From NCBI GenBank assembly GCA_024640695.1, contig JAHEEM010000041.1:1-17349 (forward strand): a stretch of 17,349 nt of DNA, in the 5' to 3' direction. This document shows, in pieces, positions 17,203 to 17,349 of the stretch. The notes under the pieces are model-generated. The model searched no databases and was not told the DNA's origin. It saw only the letters and a program-made list of their open reading frames with translations. The translations under genes were made by a program, and so were the position numbers. The stretch comes from Rhodospirillaceae bacterium. GTDB taxonomy: Bacteria > Pseudomonadota > Gammaproteobacteria > Steroidobacterales > Rariloculaceae. Within the stretch, counting starts at the first letter, position 1; each line of letters opens with the position of its first letter.

Positions 17203-17349
17203 CTAGTGCGCCTCGTCCCAGTTCTCGCCGATGCCGAAGTCCACTTTGATAGGCACCCTGAGACTGGCCGCCTGCTCCATGCGCCGCACGATCTCGGCGG
17301 CTACGGCTTGGGCGTCTTTCTCGGCAACCTCGAGCACGAGCTCGTCGTG
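17203..17349 (-). CDS. polA: DNA polymerase I, C-terminal 48 codons (gene continues past right edge)
   Basis: Not in the ORF track because it is truncated. The minus-strand translation is HDELVLEVAEKDAQAVAAEIVRRMEQAASLRVPIKVDFGIGENWDEAH*, with the stop at 17203-17205. HDE(L/I)V...GxNWxxAH is the conserved Pol I family-A motif C and C-terminus. Confidence 0.9.
   Translation of the reverse strand, partial: HDELVLEVAEKDAQAVAAEIVRRMEQAASLRVPIKVDFGIGENWDEAH

Overview
GC-rich bacterial chromosomal window with about 20 tightly packed CDS. Gene content and the dsbA / cytochrome c4 / engB / polA neighbourhood suggest a Gammaproteobacterium (inference). I recognise no rRNA, tRNA, CRISPR array, transposase, integrase, phage or defence genes.

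Layout:
- 1-5179 (minus strand): azurin, then a CoxMNOP-type aa3 heme-copper oxidase cluster. It comprises subunit II fused to two c-type haem domains, subunit I, two different subunit-III paralogs, and the start of a small subunit IV that runs off the left edge.
- 5308-6402 (minus): an orphan TRAP-type periplasmic solute-binding protein with a twin-arginine signal.
- 6403-6796: a divergent intergenic region holding a strikingly AT-rich, repeat-bearing island and a separate 10-bp-stem hairpin.
- 6797-8733 (plus): dtd, tatA, tatB, tatC.
- 8781-12259 (plus): two unrelated peptide transporters in tandem (POT family, then OPT family).
- 12293-14763: a DUF2905 membrane peptide, a class-I aminotransferase and a FieF-like CDF metal exporter.
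- 14799-16270 (minus): dsbA and dihaem cytochrome c4.
- 16318-17349: engB, a 282-bp structured intergenic region, and the 3' end of polA.

Honest assessment: this is mostly core respiratory and housekeeping DNA. I cannot support a claim of a novel multi-gene system. The most interesting unexplained signals are:
- the structured polA-engB spacer, which is the syntenic slot of Spot 42 / ErsA sRNAs;
- the AT-rich repeat island at 6472-6600;
- several peculiarities of the oxidase cluster: azurin linkage, a dihaem subunit II, and Ser in place of the Mg/Mn-site His of subunit I.

The many long alternate-frame and antisense ORFs in the track are GC-bias shadows.
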